Source: Phycisphaerales bacterium (GTDB taxonomy: Bacteria > Planctomycetota > Phycisphaerae > Phycisphaerales > UBA1924). From it: 64,000 bases of DNA. Below the pieces are notes generated by a model. That model searched no databases. It worked only from the letters and a program-made list of their open reading frames with translations, and was not told the origin of the DNA. Within the stretch, counting starts at the first letter, position 1; every line of letters starts with the position of its first letter. The position numbers and the translations under genes were made by a program. Location: the NCBI GenBank assembly GCA_965227775.1, contig OZ245777.1:704001-768000 (forward strand). Reading direction: 5' to 3'. Shown one piece after another: positions 41,077 to 51,347 of this stretch.

Positions 41077-42780
41077 ATGCTGCACACCATCTTCGCCGCC
41101 GTCGCGTTGTTCTTCGCGGATCCCGATCCCTCGCTGCCGACCATGACCGGGCTCATCGAGCGCTACCGGGCCGATCTCGGCAGCGTTCGCCGATTCCACG
41201 ACACACCGATGTCGATCAGCGCGATCGGGCACTCCGAAGAGTTCCATCAAGCCTGGCTCGATCGGCTGAACGGCGTCGACTTCCAGGCCCTCGATGTCAA
41301 TGGCAGGGCCGAGCACGTGCTGCTGCGTGAGCACGTCAACTTCGCGCTCGACGAGGCGCGGTACGACCGCGAGCAGCTCAAGGAGATCGAGCCGCTCGTG
41401 CCGTTCACGGAGCCGCTCGTACAGATGCTCGAAGCCAGGCGGCAGCTCGAGGCCGTTGATCAGCGGCAAGCAGCCGAGACGCTCGACACGCTCGCGGTCC
41501 AGATCGCCGAGGCAACCAAATCACTCAAGGCAGCCGAGACCGAGCGCGACCGCGTGCTTGCACGTCGCGCGGCGATCCAGCTCGATCGGCTGGCGTGGTC
41601 GCTCCGCTCGTGGTTCAACTTCTACGACGGGTATGACCCGCTCTTTTCCTGGTGGTGCCGCGAGCCCTACGACGCGTGCTCGGCCGCGCTCCGCAAGCAC
41701 TCCGAGACGCTGCGTGAGAAGGTCGCCGGCATCACCGCCGACGAGGACCCGGTCATCGGCGACCCTGTTGGTCGCGAGGTGCTGCTCCGCATGCTCGAGC
41801 ACGAGATGATTCCGTACTCGCCCGAGCAGCTCATCACCATCGCCGAGCGCGAGTACGAGTGGTGCCTCGACCAGATGCTGCAGGCGACCGACGAGCTTGG
41901 CTTCGGCAAGGACTGGAAGGCCGCCCTCGAGCACGTGCGCGACCAGCACGTGCCGCCGGGCGAACAGCCCGAGATGATCGCCGAGATGGTGCGAGAGGCC
42001 ATTAGGTTCGTCGAGGATCGCGGCCTGATCAGCGTGCCCGAGCTCAACGCCGAGACGTGGCGGATGTCGATGATGTCGCCCCAGCGCCAGCAGGTCAGCC
42101 CCTACTTCCTAGGCGGCGAGACGATCATCGTGTCGTACCCCACAGACTCCATGGAGCACGCCGACAAGCTCGCCAGCATGCGCGGCAACAACCGCCACTT
42201 CTCCAGGGCCGTCGTGCACCATGAGATCATCCCCGGCCATGGGCTGCAGCGCTTCATGATGGACCGCTATCGCACGCACCGAGGCCTGTTCTACACGCCC
42301 TTCTGGATGGAGGGCTGGGCGCTGTACTGGGAGATGCGGCTGTGGGATCTCGGCTTCGCGCAGGGGCCCAAGGACCGCATCGGCATGCTCTTCTGGCGCA
42401 TGCACCGCTGCGCACGCATCATCTTCAGCCTGCGTTTCCACCTTGGTGAGATCACCGCCGAAGAAGCGGTTGACTACTTGGTCGAGAACGTTGGCCACCT
42501 GCGACGCAACGCGACGGCCGAGGTCCGCCGCTCGGTCAACGGCGACTATCCGCCGCTGTACCAGGCCGCGTACATGCTCGGCGGGCTGCAGTTCATGGCG
42601 CTCTATGAGGAGCTGGTTGTGAACGGCGACATGTCCGAGCGCGACTTCCACGACGCCGTCATGCGGCACAACGCCATCCCGGTCGAGATGCTGCGGGCGA
42701 TCCTTCGCGAAGATGAGATCAAAGCGGACCACGAACCGTCGTGGTACTTTGCGGGCGATATCGAGCCGAGGCTACGCTGA
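41077..42780 (+). CDS. DUF885-family secreted protein (metallopeptidase-like)
   Basis: HHEIIPGHGLQ, EGWALYWE, WRMHRCARI, AEVRR, YQAAYMLGGL, FHDAV. Confidence 0.85.
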   Translation: MLHTIFAAVALFFADPDPSLPTMTGLIERYRADLGSVRRFHDTPMSISAIGHSEEFHQAWLDRLNGVDFQALDVNGRAEHVLLREHVNFALDEARYDREQLKEIEPLVPFTEPLVQMLEARRQLEAVDQRQAAETLDTLAVQIAEATKSLKAAETERDRVLARRAAIQLDRLAWSLRSWFNFYDGYDPLFSWWCREPYDACSAALRKHSETLREKVAGITADEDPVIGDPVGREVLLRMLEHEMIPYSPEQLITIAEREYEWCLDQMLQATDELGFGKDWKAALEHVRDQHVPPGEQPEMIAEMVREAIRFVEDRGLISVPELNAETWRMSMMSPQRQQVSPYFLGGETIIVSYPTDSMEHADKLASMRGNNRHFSRAVVHHEIIPGHGLQRFMMDRYRTHRGLFYTPFWMEGWALYWEMRLWDLGFAQGPKDRIGMLFWRMHRCARIIFSLRFHLGEITAEEAVDYLVENVGHLRRNATAEVRRSVNGDYPPLYQAAYMLGGLQFMALYEELVVNGDMSERDFHDAVMRHNAIPVEMLRAILREDEIKADHEPSWYFAGDIEPRLR

Positions 42781-42783
42781 GCC

Positions 42784-43200
42784 ATGCCCCAGCCCTTCCA
42801 CCTCGCGTTTCCCGTGCACGATCTCGACGCTGCGCGCGCGTTCTACGGCGGGCTGCTCGGCTGCCCCGAGGGGCGCAGCAGCGACCACTGGATCGACTTC
42901 GATCTCTTCGGCCACCAGATCGTCGCGCACCTGTCCGATGGAGCGCGGGCAGCGGCCCCGACGAACGCGGTCGATGGACACGACGTGCCCATTCCCCACT
43001 TCGGCGTCGTGCTCGAGATGGACGCGTGGAAGTCGCTTGCGAGCAAGCTGCAGAGCCAGAACGTGGAGTTCGTGATCGAGCCCTACGTGCGCTTCGAGGG
43101 CCAGCCGGGCGAGCAAGCGACGATGTTCTTCTGCGACCCCTCCGGCAACGCGCTGGAATTCAAGGCGTTCGCGGATACGTCGAAGCTGTTTGAGAAGTAG
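42784..43200 (+). CDS. VOC/glyoxalase family protein
   Basis: [41 protein letters not shown]. Confidence 0.9.
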   Translation: MPQPFHLAFPVHDLDAARAFYGGLLGCPEGRSSDHWIDFDLFGHQIVAHLSDGARAAAPTNAVDGHDVPIPHFGVVLEMDAWKSLASKLQSQNVEFVIEPYVRFEGQPGEQATMFFCDPSGNALEFKAFADTSKLFEK

Positions 43201-43205
43201 CGGGC

Positions 43206-43805
43206 ATGGCAGAATCTTCGGAGCAAGGCCAGCAAGCACGGGACACCGTGCCCGCCTGGGCGCTTGCCGCACTCCTCGTTTCGGCGGCCCTCTCGTCGTG
43301 GTACCTGATGATGCTCGTGCACGAGGCAGGCCACGTGCTTGGCGCCTGGCTGAGTGGCGGGCGCGTCGCCGACGTCGTGTGGCATCCGCTGAAGTTCTCA
43401 AGGACCGATCTCTCTCGAAATCCGCACCCGATGTTCGTCGTGCTCGCTGGGCCGGCGGTTGGTTCCGCGTTGCCCGCACTGGTTTGGCTGGTGCTCAGAG
43501 CGTGTCGCAGCAGATGGCAGGCGTTCGCCCGAGGCTTCGCGGGGTTTTGCCTGGTCGCGAATGGGGCGTATCTCGCGACCGCGATCGTGCTGCCGGTAGG
43601 TGATACCGAAGACCTCGTACGCCTCGGTGCGCCGGCCTGGCTCATCGCCCTCGCAGGGCTCGTGCTTGTAGCCGGCGGGCTGGCGTGCTGGAACGGGCTC
43701 CGATCGAAACTTCAAGCGAGGATCACGACGCGCGTCACGATCGCAAGCGTGGTGATGCTTGCCACCATCGTCGTTGCCATGCTCGCATGGTCATTGCTGA
43801 AGTAG
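43206..43805 (+). CDS. Membrane protein with M50-peptidase-like HExxH
   Basis: LVHEAGHVL within a hydrophobic segment, LAGP, GD motif, several TM helices. Confidence 0.65.
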   Translation: MAESSEQGQQARDTVPAWALAALLVSAALSSWYLMMLVHEAGHVLGAWLSGGRVADVVWHPLKFSRTDLSRNPHPMFVVLAGPAVGSALPALVWLVLRACRSRWQAFARGFAGFCLVANGAYLATAIVLPVGDTEDLVRLGAPAWLIALAGLVLVAGGLACWNGLRSKLQARITTRVTIASVVMLATIVVAMLAWSLLK

Positions 43806-45074
43806 CCCGGCGTCGCAAACGCTCGCTGCAACACTCCGCCCCGCAAGCCACCCGCTCGCCCACGCCCACTGGAAGTTGAACCCGCCGATCCGGCCGTCGA
43901 CGTCCAGGATCTCGCCGGCGAGCCACAGGTTCTCGCACGCGCGGCTGGCCATGGTCGAGGGGTTGATCTCGGTGAGCGGCACGCCACCGGCGGTCACCTC
44001 GGCGTGCGCAAAGCCGCGGTCGCCCGAGATCTCGACCGGCGTCGCGGCGAGCAGGTGCGCGAGCGCCCGCCGCCCATCGCGCGAGAGCTGGCTGCCCGGC
44101 ATCGACGGATCGACGCTCGCCCGCTCGCACAGCGCACGCGCCAGCCGCTCGGGCAGGTGCTCGCGCACGTAGCTCAGCGGCGTGCGCTGCCCGAGCCCTT
44201 GCAGGTCCGCGTCAATCTGCTCGAACGTCCGATCGACCCAGCAGATGACCATCGTCGCGCCGCGGTCCTCGTGCCGCGCCGCGGTCAGGTAGCGTGAGGC
44301 GTCCATCGGGGCCGGGCCGCTCAGGCCGAAGTGCGTGCACAGCAGGTCGTTCTCGAACCGAGCCAGCCGCTTGCCCGTGCCGCTGCGCACCTCGACCGCC
44401 GCCCGGCAACTCACGCCGCTGAGCTCAGTAAGCCACGCAGACCCAGGCCCAGCAACGAGCGGCACGAGCGCCGCGAACACCCGTGGCGTCACCCTGTGGC
44501 CCAGCGCGCGCACAAACTCGTAGCCCGCGCCGTCCGAACCGCTGCGTGGCAGGGCCATGCCGCCGGTGCACAGCACGAGCCGATCGCTTCGCAGCGTCTC
44601 GTCGCTCTCGGCGCGGCGGATGACGAACCCCTCGCCGTCGCGCTCGACGCCATCGACACGCCAGGGATGGACGATCTCGACGCCCAACCGCCGCACCTCG
44701 TGGAGCAACGCATCGAGCACGGTGCGCGCCTTGTCGGTGGTCGGGAAGAGCTTGCCGGTGTCCTCGCGCTTCAGCGTGACGCCGAGTTCTTCGAAGAACG
44801 CAACGGTGTCGTCAACGCCGAAGCTCCGCAGCACGCGGCGGATGGTGTTGCGCGACGTGCCGGCGTACTGCTTCTCGTCGACGGCGTGGTGCGTCACGTT
44901 ACAACGCCCGCCGCCCGCGACGAGGATCTTGACGCCCACCTTCTTCGACCCATCGAGCAGCACCAACCGCCCGGCCTGCCCGCTCTCCCGCAACGCCCGC
45001 CCCGCCGAGATCGCCACCATCAACCCCGCGGCCCCGGCGCCGATGATGGTGATGGTTGGGGGTGTCAAAGCCAT
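43791..45074 (-). CDS. NAD(P)/FAD-dependent oxidoreductase, HI0933/YhiN/BaiN family
   Basis: IIGAGAAG, KILVAGGGRCNVT, GKLFP, TGG...GSDG.GY, THFGLSGP, AEVTAGGV, GEILDVDGRIGGFNFQWAWASG. Confidence 0.93.
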   Translation of the reverse strand: MALTPPTITIIGAGAAGLMVAISAGRALRESGQAGRLVLLDGSKKVGVKILVAGGGRCNVTHHAVDEKQYAGTSRNTIRRVLRSFGVDDTVAFFEELGVTLKREDTGKLFPTTDKARTVLDALLHEVRRLGVEIVHPWRVDGVERDGEGFVIRRAESDETLRSDRLVLCTGGMALPRSGSDGAGYEFVRALGHRVTPRVFAALVPLVAGPGSAWLTELSGVSCRAAVEVRSGTGKRLARFENDLLCTHFGLSGPAPMDASRYLTAARHEDRGATMVICWVDRTFEQIDADLQGLGQRTPLSYVREHLPERLARALCERASVDPSMPGSQLSRDGRRALAHLLAATPVEISGDRGFAHAEVTAGGVPLTEINPSTMASRACENLWLAGEILDVDGRIGGFNFQWAWASGWLAGRSVAASVCDAGLLQQ

Positions 45075-45120
45075 CCGTCAGGATAGAGGCAACTCGTCCG
45101 ATGCCTGAACGCGTAGCGCC

Positions 45121-45444
45121 TCAGAAGATCGCCCACAACGCGATGACCGCCGCCACGAGCACGCCGACGGCGATGGCCCAGACCGGGGGGCCGCCGCGCT
45201 TGCCGCCCGGGCCGACGCTGGCCTGGCAGTGCCAGCACACGGTCGCGTCGTCGTAGAGCTCGGTGCCGCAGCGCCAGCAGTTCTGGGTGACGCCGCTGAA
45301 TCGGTCGAGGTCGTCCTCGCTGGGGCCGTCGTCGGGGAGCCCGAACTCGGGCGGGCGATCGAGCACCTCGCCTCGTCGGGCCGAGGCTCGCTTGGCGATC
45401 GCCGAGTCTGGCATGTCGTCCAGCGGACCATCGGCGCGGGTCAT
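45121..45444 (-). CDS. Small zinc-ribbon protein with C-terminal TM anchor
   Basis: CWRC...CWHC then VWAIAVGVLVAAVIALWAIF. TACCAT 5 nt before ATG. Confidence 0.7.
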   Translation of the reverse strand: MTRADGPLDDMPDSAIAKRASARRGEVLDRPPEFGLPDDGPSEDDLDRFSGVTQNCWRCGTELYDDATVCWHCQASVGPGGKRGGPPVWAIAVGVLVAAVIALWAIF

Positions 45445-45634
45445 GTCCGATGGTACCACCCGCTGGCACGCCTCCCGACACGGAGCGACAGGGCACGCGG
45501 GCTTCTCCCAACAAGTTCTCGGGCGGGGTGACATCCGCCGCGAAGGCCCATTTGATCAGGAATTCGCCCGAGGGTCGATAGACACCATCCGGCCGCGCAT
45601 CATTTCGAGCCGAGGCCCCCCAAGGAGGTTGACC

Positions 45635-46546
45635 ATGGCCCACGCGCCCCATCTCACCGCCCGCCAGCGGACCGCCCTGAGCGTGCCCCCGCTGCTGCTG
45701 CGGCTGGTGCTCGCCATCATCTTCATCTGGGCGGGCTCCACCAAGATCTTCGGCTACATGGACGTGACCGAGGAAAACCGCGCCGCCCTCATCGCCGCCG
45801 GCGTGCTCTCGGCCCCGGGCGAGACCACGATCGACGAGATCCCGGTCGACGAATCCCCGGTAGAGGCGCCGGTCGATCCGCCGGCAGACGAGCCTGCCTC
45901 CGATCCCGGCCCCGTCGATGAACCCCAAGCCGATCCAACGGACGACCCGGCAGGCGACCCCGCCGACGAGCCGGTTGGCGAGCCCGACCCGACCGATCCG
46001 GTCGAAGACCCGACCTTTGCGGTGGCGTCCCAGCCCACGATCACATTGGTCGCTCAAGCGCCGCCCGAGCGCGTGCGCAACCTGAACGGCCTGGCGATGC
46101 TGCTGTACGCCCGGGCCAACCCTCCTTCGACGCTGGCCGACGACGAGGACGGCACGCTCGAGGCCCAGCGGCCCATGGCGCTCTGGCCAGCCGCGGTGGG
46201 CTCGCCCCCGTGGCCGGTGCGGTTCGCGTGGGCAGCGGCTATCACCGAACTGCTCGCCGGCTTGCTGCTGCTCGTCGGGCTCTTCACGCGCCTGGGCGGG
46301 CTGTCGATCGCGGGCGTGATGGGTGTGGCCATGTGGCTCACCGAGATCGGCCCGGCCCTCCAGAGCGGCAACACGTGGCTGGGCTTCCTGCCCATGTACG
46401 AGCCGACGGACGTTGCGAGCTACACCAAGATCCTGTACCAGCTCGCCTTGCTCTCGATGGGGCTGGCGCTGCTGTTCTCGGGCCCGGGCATGCTGTCGCT
46501 CGACCGCTGGATCTTCGGCAAGAGCGTCGCAGACGACGACGACTGA
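45635..46546 (+). CDS. DoxX-family membrane protein with acidic Pro-rich insertion
   Basis: LLLRLVLAIIFIWAGSTKI, ELLAGLLLLVGLFTR, GPGMLSLD. AGGAGG SD. Confidence 0.85.
   Translation: MAHAPHLTARQRTALSVPPLLLRLVLAIIFIWAGSTKIFGYMDVTEENRAALIAAGVLSAPGETTIDEIPVDESPVEAPVDPPADEPASDPGPVDEPQADPTDDPAGDPADEPVGEPDPTDPVEDPTFAVASQPTITLVAQAPPERVRNLNGLAMLLYARANPPSTLADDEDGTLEAQRPMALWPAAVGSPPWPVRFAWAAAITELLAGLLLLVGLFTRLGGLSIAGVMGVAMWLTEIGPALQSGNTWLGFLPMYEPTDVASYTKILYQLALLSMGLALLFSGPGMLSLDRWIFGKSVADDDD
45830..46015 (+). repeat. Low-complexity coding repeat (D/E-P units) inside DoxX
   Basis: IDEIPVDESPVEAPVDPPADEPASDPGPVDEPQADPTDDPAGDPADEPVGEPDPTDPVEDP. Confidence 0.7.
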
Positions 46547-46673
46547 CCCTGGTGAACCCCGAATCTGGGGAACAGGTCTCCGATCGCAAGCGAAGGTTTC
46601 CAGGTGCCAGACCCCGAATCGGGTCGTGGGCCTGGCGACCTATGCTGCGCCCCTACCACCGGAGGCCTACCCC

Positions 46674-47069
46674 GTGAGCACCACCGATACCTCCGCACTC
46701 CAGGACGCCACGATCCTCATCGTCGACGACGACAAGGACGTGCTGCTGGCCATGGAGACCGCCTTCAAGGCCGAGGGCGCTACGACGCACACGGCCGGCG
46801 ACGGCAATACCGCCGTCGAGCTCACCCTCGAAGCCAAGCCCGATCTGGTCGTGCTCGACATGATGCTGCCCGCGAGATCGGGCTTCCTCGCCCTGGAGAA
46901 GATCAAGGGCAACACCGATAGCCCGCTGGTGATCATGGTGACCGCCAACGACGGCAAGCGGCACCAGGCGTACGCCCAGTCGCTGGGCGTCGATGGCTAC
47001 CTCATCAAGCCCGTGCCGCTCGGCCAGCTCATGGAGACGGCCGCCGAGCTTCTCGCCAGCCGCAAGTAA
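46674..47069 (+). CDS. Single-domain response regulator (receiver only)
   Basis: ILIVDDD, VVLDMMLP, MVTA, YLIKP. GGAGG SD before GTG. Confidence 0.9.
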   Translation: MSTTDTSALQDATILIVDDDKDVLLAMETAFKAEGATTHTAGDGNTAVELTLEAKPDLVVLDMMLPARSGFLALEKIKGNTDSPLVIMVTANDGKRHQAYAQSLGVDGYLIKPVPLGQLMETAAELLASRK

Positions 47070-47084
47070 GGGGACCCCGGCCGG

Positions 47085-47405
47085 ATGCCCAAGCGTCAGA
47101 TCGTCATCGTGTCGTCCCAGCCCGCCGACGAGGGGCTGCCGCCCCTGGGCACCATCGACGAGGTGTCGAGCGCCCTGGCCGACTTCAACACCGCCCCGGA
47201 CGGTTCGGAGCGCAGTGCCTCGGCCGGCACGGTCGTGCTGCACGGGCCGGGCCTGGTCGTTGAGTTGCCGATGGGCCTCGACCGCGTGACGCAAGGCCTC
47301 GTGACGCTCATCGATGAAGACGTGGCGTGGCCCGTTCTGATGCGGCTGGTGAAGAACCTGCCCTGGAAGCTGCTAGACCTGGAAACCGGCCGCAGCTTCG
47401 GCTAA
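47085..47405 (+). CDS. Hypothetical protein
   Basis: Co-oriented, fills the gap between the regulator and hldE, host-like codon usage, protein-like composition. Confidence 0.65.
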   Translation: MPKRQIVIVSSQPADEGLPPLGTIDEVSSALADFNTAPDGSERSASAGTVVLHGPGLVVELPMGLDRVTQGLVTLIDEDVAWPVLMRLVKNLPWKLLDLETGRSFG

Positions 47406-47449
47406 GGGTGATTCACACACCCCGCCAGCGGCGATCCTAAACTCGCCGA

Positions 47450-48931
47450 GTGGATACCTTACTTACCGCACTCGCGAACTGGCGGCCCTTTACGGCGTTG
47501 GTGCTGGGCGACTTCATGCTCGACCAGCAGCTCTACGGCGACGCTGAGCGGCTGAGCGCCGACGCGCCCGTGCCCGTCCTGCGAGTCACGCGACAGGACG
47601 CGATGCCCGGAGGCGCCGGGAATCTGGCCGAAGACCTCGTGGCGCTGGGCGGCACGGTAAAGGTCTTCGGCGTGGCCGGTGATGATGCCGAGGGCGCGAT
47701 GCTGCGCGACCGGTTGTCGGCCGCAGGTATCGACACGACGGGGCTCGTCACCGATGCCGCGCGCCCCACGACGGTGAAGCGAAACCTCATCGGCCTGGCT
47801 CAGCACCGCCACCCCCAAAAGATGTTCCGCGTGGATTTCGAGTCTCGCGAGGCGCTGCCCGAGGGTGTGTCTCAGCAACTGCTCGCCGCACTCGATGCCG
47901 CGTTGGCCGACGCCGATGTGCTGTGCCTGGAAGACTACGACAAGGGCGTATGCGACGAGGCAACCTGCCGCGCCGCCATTGAGCTCGCCCGAGCGCACGG
48001 TGTACCGCTGCTGGTCGATCCTGCATCGCGCGACGATTTCGCACGATACCGCGGATGCACGTCGATCACGCCGAACAGGAGCGAGGCCGAGCGCGCGACG
48101 GGCCGGCGGCACTCGATGAACTCAGCGGCGCAACGCCAAGAACTCGCCCGAGAGCTGGCGCACTCGCTCGATTGCGAGGCGGTCGTGCTCACCCTCGACA
48201 AGGACGGCGCGTTGCTGCTCGAACGCGGCGCCGAGCCCCTGACCATCCCCACCGTCGCGCGCGAGGTGTACGACGTCACGGGCGCGGGCGACATGATGCT
48301 CGCCGGCCTGGCCGCCGCGCGCGCGAATGGGCTTGCGTGGTCCGACTCGGTCCGCTTTGCGAACGCTGCGGCGGGCCTCGAAGTACAGATCTTCGGTGTC
48401 AAGCCGATCCCGCTGGCCGACGTGCACCGGGAGTTGCTTCGTCAGGCCGGGCGTTTGACCGGCAAGCTGCGCACGATCGAGGAAATGCGGGGCGAGGTCG
48501 CCAGCGTCCGGCGCAACGGCGGCACCGTCGTGTTCACCAATGGCTGCTTCGACGTCTTGCACGCCGGGCACGTCACGCTGCTGGAGAAGGCCGCGACGTT
48601 CGGCGATTTCCTTGTCGTCGGCTTGAACAGTGACGATTCGGTTCGGCGGCTCAAGGGCGACGGCCGGCCGGTGCACGCCGGTCTTGATCGCGCGCGTGTC
48701 CTCGGGGCGCTCGAGCCGGTGGGCGCCGTGGTCTTCTTCGAGGACGACACACCCATCGACCTAATCGAGGCGCTCGCACCCGACGTGCTGGTGAAGGGCG
48801 CCGACTACGCGGGCAAGGAAGTGGTCGGCCAGCGTGTGGTCGAGGCCGCTGGCGGCAGGGTTGAACTGGTCGACCTCGTCCAGGGCCTGAGCACGACGGC
48901 CGCGCTCTCACGCATGGGTGCCCCTCGGTGA
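47450..48931 (+). CDS. hldE: Bifunctional heptose-7-phosphate kinase / heptose-1-phosphate adenylyltransferase
   Basis: GDFMLD...RLSADAPVPV, GGAGN, TPNRSE, DVTGAGD, FTNGCFDVLHAGH, GLNSDDSVRRLKG, KGADY. Confidence 0.95.
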   Translation: MDTLLTALANWRPFTALVLGDFMLDQQLYGDAERLSADAPVPVLRVTRQDAMPGGAGNLAEDLVALGGTVKVFGVAGDDAEGAMLRDRLSAAGIDTTGLVTDAARPTTVKRNLIGLAQHRHPQKMFRVDFESREALPEGVSQQLLAALDAALADADVLCLEDYDKGVCDEATCRAAIELARAHGVPLLVDPASRDDFARYRGCTSITPNRSEAERATGRRHSMNSAAQRQELARELAHSLDCEAVVLTLDKDGALLLERGAEPLTIPTVAREVYDVTGAGDMMLAGLAAARANGLAWSDSVRFANAAAGLEVQIFGVKPIPLADVHRELLRQAGRLTGKLRTIEEMRGEVASVRRNGGTVVFTNGCFDVLHAGHVTLLEKAATFGDFLVVGLNSDDSVRRLKGDGRPVHAGLDRARVLGALEPVGAVVFFEDDTPIDLIEALAPDVLVKGADYAGKEVVGQRVVEAAGGRVELVDLVQGLSTTAALSRMGAPR

Positions 48932-49353
48932 ACCCACCGGCTCGCGCCGCCGCAAATGCCACCGAGCACGTCGCCATCGTGCATCCGTGGGTAATCGACG
49001 CCCTGCTCGCGGGCGAGAAGACGATCGAGAGCCGATTCTCGCGCGACAAACGCCCGCCCTTTGGCCGCATCGAGAAGGGCCATCGCGTGTACTTCCGCGC
49101 TGCTGGCGGGGGTTACGCCGCACGCGCAAGGGTCGCCCGCGTGCAATGCCTGGAGGGTTTGACACCCAAGCACGTCGCCGAGATCGAGGCCGAGCGGCGC
49201 GACGACATTGGGGGCGACGACGCGTACTGGTCGTCCGTTCGCGAGGCCCGGTGCGTCACGCTCGTGCACCTGGCCGGCTGCGAGGCCGTGGGTGATGGGC
49301 CTTCCCTGGAGCGCCAGCGGGGAGACCGCCGGGCGTGGTTCGTGCTGGGGTAG
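48928..49353 (+). CDS. ASCH-domain protein
   Basis: HVAIVHPWVIDALLAGEKTIESR (GxKxxExR). GTGA overlap with hldE. Confidence 0.75.
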   Translation: MNPPARAAANATEHVAIVHPWVIDALLAGEKTIESRFSRDKRPPFGRIEKGHRVYFRAAGGGYAARARVARVQCLEGLTPKHVAEIEAERRDDIGGDDAYWSSVREARCVTLVHLAGCEAVGDGPSLERQRGDRRAWFVLG

Positions 49354-49378
49354 GGCGGCGGAGGTACACTGGCAGCCG

Positions 49379-51268
49379 ATGGAAGCTCATGGGGCCGTGC
49401 AAAGCCTGGCGTTGGCCTTCGGAATAGGTGCGCTCGTCACCGTGGTGAGCGACCGCCTGCGCCAGCCGCCCATCATGTTCCTGTTGCTGATCGGCTTTGG
49501 CCTGGGAGTCAATGGCTTGGGCCTGGTGAACGGCGACGCCTTGGGCACGTCGGGCCTGCTGGCGATCGCCTCGGTATCGGTCGGCCTGCTGGTCTTTGAG
49601 GGCGGGCTCGGGCTCGATCGGGCCACCATCGCGCGCGCGCCGGGCGCGGTGCGCGGCCTGCTCACCATCGGCGTCTTCGTGAGCTGGCTGCTGACGGCAT
49701 TGCTCGCGTACTTCCTGGTCGGATTGCCACTCGACCTTTCGATCTTGCTCGGAGCGATGCTGGTCGTTACTGGGCCAACGGTCATCCAGCCCATCCTGCG
49801 TCGCACACCGCTGAGCCCGCGCCTGCACTCGACGCTCATGGCAGAAGGCATCCTGATCGACCCCATCGGCGTCGTGGCGGCGGTGTCAACGCTCGAGATC
49901 GTGCGTCTGGCGATCGAGCAGCCCGGTGCCGCCAGCGCCGGGGCCATCCTCGTGCAATTCCTGCTGCCCGCGGGCACGGGCGTGGGCCTGGGCATCGCCT
50001 CTGGCTACGCCGCCGCGCTCGTGCTGCGCGTCATCAACGGCGAACGCAAGAGCGACACGCAGACCGTCGTGCTCGTGGGCCTGTCTTCGTGCATGATCTC
50101 GTTCGGGCTCGCCGAGGCGGTCGCGAGCGAAGCGGGGCTCGTAGCGGCGACGCTGTGCGGGTTGGTGCTCGCCAACGCCGCACGGCCGAGCGCCGAGTCG
50201 ATGCGCCGCTTCAAAGAAACGACCGCCGTCATGCTGGTCGGTGCGCTCTTCATCCTCCTGGCGTCGCGCGTGCAACTCGGCCGGCTTATCGACGTGGAGT
50301 GGCAGGAGTTCGCATTCGTCGCGGCGATGGTCCTCCTGGTGCGACCGTTGTCGGTCATCGCGGGCACGATCGGCACGGGGCTGACGTATCGCGAGCGCGC
50401 CTACACAGCGCTGATAGCGCCGCGCGGCATCGTGGCGATCGCGCTGGGGGCTATTGTTGCCATCGAGATGGGGCGCACGGCTGCCCTGGTCGTCGATAGC
50501 CGTCCGAATCTGGAGGCCGACGCCAAGCGACTCGAGACGCTCGTGATCCTGCTCATCGTGGTGACGGTCACGCTCGCCGGGCTCACGGCTGGTCCGCTGG
50601 CCACGCTGCTGCGCGTGCGGGCCGGCCGGCCCAACGGTGTGATCATCGTCGGCGCGCACCGATTGGGTCGCGACGTTGCGGCGCACCTGCGTGCCCTGGG
50701 TGCGCCGGTACGTGTCGTGGACACCAACGCGGCGAACATCGCCGCAGCCGCGGGCGAGGGCATCTCGACGAGCATGGGAAGCGCTACTGATATCCGCTGG
50801 ATGGACCAGGAAGTTGCTTCGACTGGTTTCGGCAACGTGCTGGCGCTCTCGGACAACGGCGAGGTCGATGGCGCGGTCGCGCGTTGGGCAATGCAGCGCT
50901 TTGGCGTCGGACAGGTGCTGCAGTGGCGCCGCGAGAAGCCCGAGCCGGCGACCAAGGGCCAGCCGCGAGCCGGCACAGCGCTCAAGTGGGGCCGCCCGCT
51001 GCGTCACATGTTGTTCCAGATGGACGCAGGCCTGGCGCGCGTGGCCACATGGGAAGGCGAGCGCACTGGCGCTGTTGCGATCCTCGGCGTCGACGACACC
51101 AGCCAGGTGCATCTGATCGATGACGGCGACGTGGAGAAGGCATTCCCCGACGGCGCGCCGGAAGGCATGCAGTTCATCGGCGTCGAGACAGGACCGGCCA
51201 AGCGCCGGGCCAGCGATGACAGCGGCGAAGCCGAAGACGCTGACCCAACCAACCAGGCTGACACGTAG
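49379..51268 (+). CDS. Cation:proton antiporter (CPA1/NhaP-type) with C-terminal TrkA-N-like domain
   Basis: About 12 TM helices, LVFEGGL, VTGPTVI, EGILIDPIG, APRGIVA, GVIIVGAHRLG, VVDTN. Confidence 0.9.
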   Translation: MEAHGAVQSLALAFGIGALVTVVSDRLRQPPIMFLLLIGFGLGVNGLGLVNGDALGTSGLLAIASVSVGLLVFEGGLGLDRATIARAPGAVRGLLTIGVFVSWLLTALLAYFLVGLPLDLSILLGAMLVVTGPTVIQPILRRTPLSPRLHSTLMAEGILIDPIGVVAAVSTLEIVRLAIEQPGAASAGAILVQFLLPAGTGVGLGIASGYAAALVLRVINGERKSDTQTVVLVGLSSCMISFGLAEAVASEAGLVAATLCGLVLANAARPSAESMRRFKETTAVMLVGALFILLASRVQLGRLIDVEWQEFAFVAAMVLLVRPLSVIAGTIGTGLTYRERAYTALIAPRGIVAIALGAIVAIEMGRTAALVVDSRPNLEADAKRLETLVILLIVVTVTLAGLTAGPLATLLRVRAGRPNGVIIVGAHRLGRDVAAHLRALGAPVRVVDTNAANIAAAAGEGISTSMGSATDIRWMDQEVASTGFGNVLALSDNGEVDGAVARWAMQRFGVGQVLQWRREKPEPATKGQPRAGTALKWGRPLRHMLFQMDAGLARVATWEGERTGAVAILGVDDTSQVHLIDDGDVEKAFPDGAPEGMQFIGVETGPAKRRASDDSGEAEDADPTNQADT

Positions 51269-51285
51269 GCCGTCGACAATGACAA

Positions 51286-51315
51286 CGCGGGCGAGGCCTG
51301 AAGTCCCCGCCCGCG
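51286..51315. terminator. Hairpin between convergent antiporter and RRM genes
   Basis: CGCGGGCG ... CGCCCGCG inverted repeat, with no clear U-tract. Confidence 0.4.
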
Positions 51316-51347
51316 CGATGGGCGTTCAATGAACTGTGTCGGTGGGC

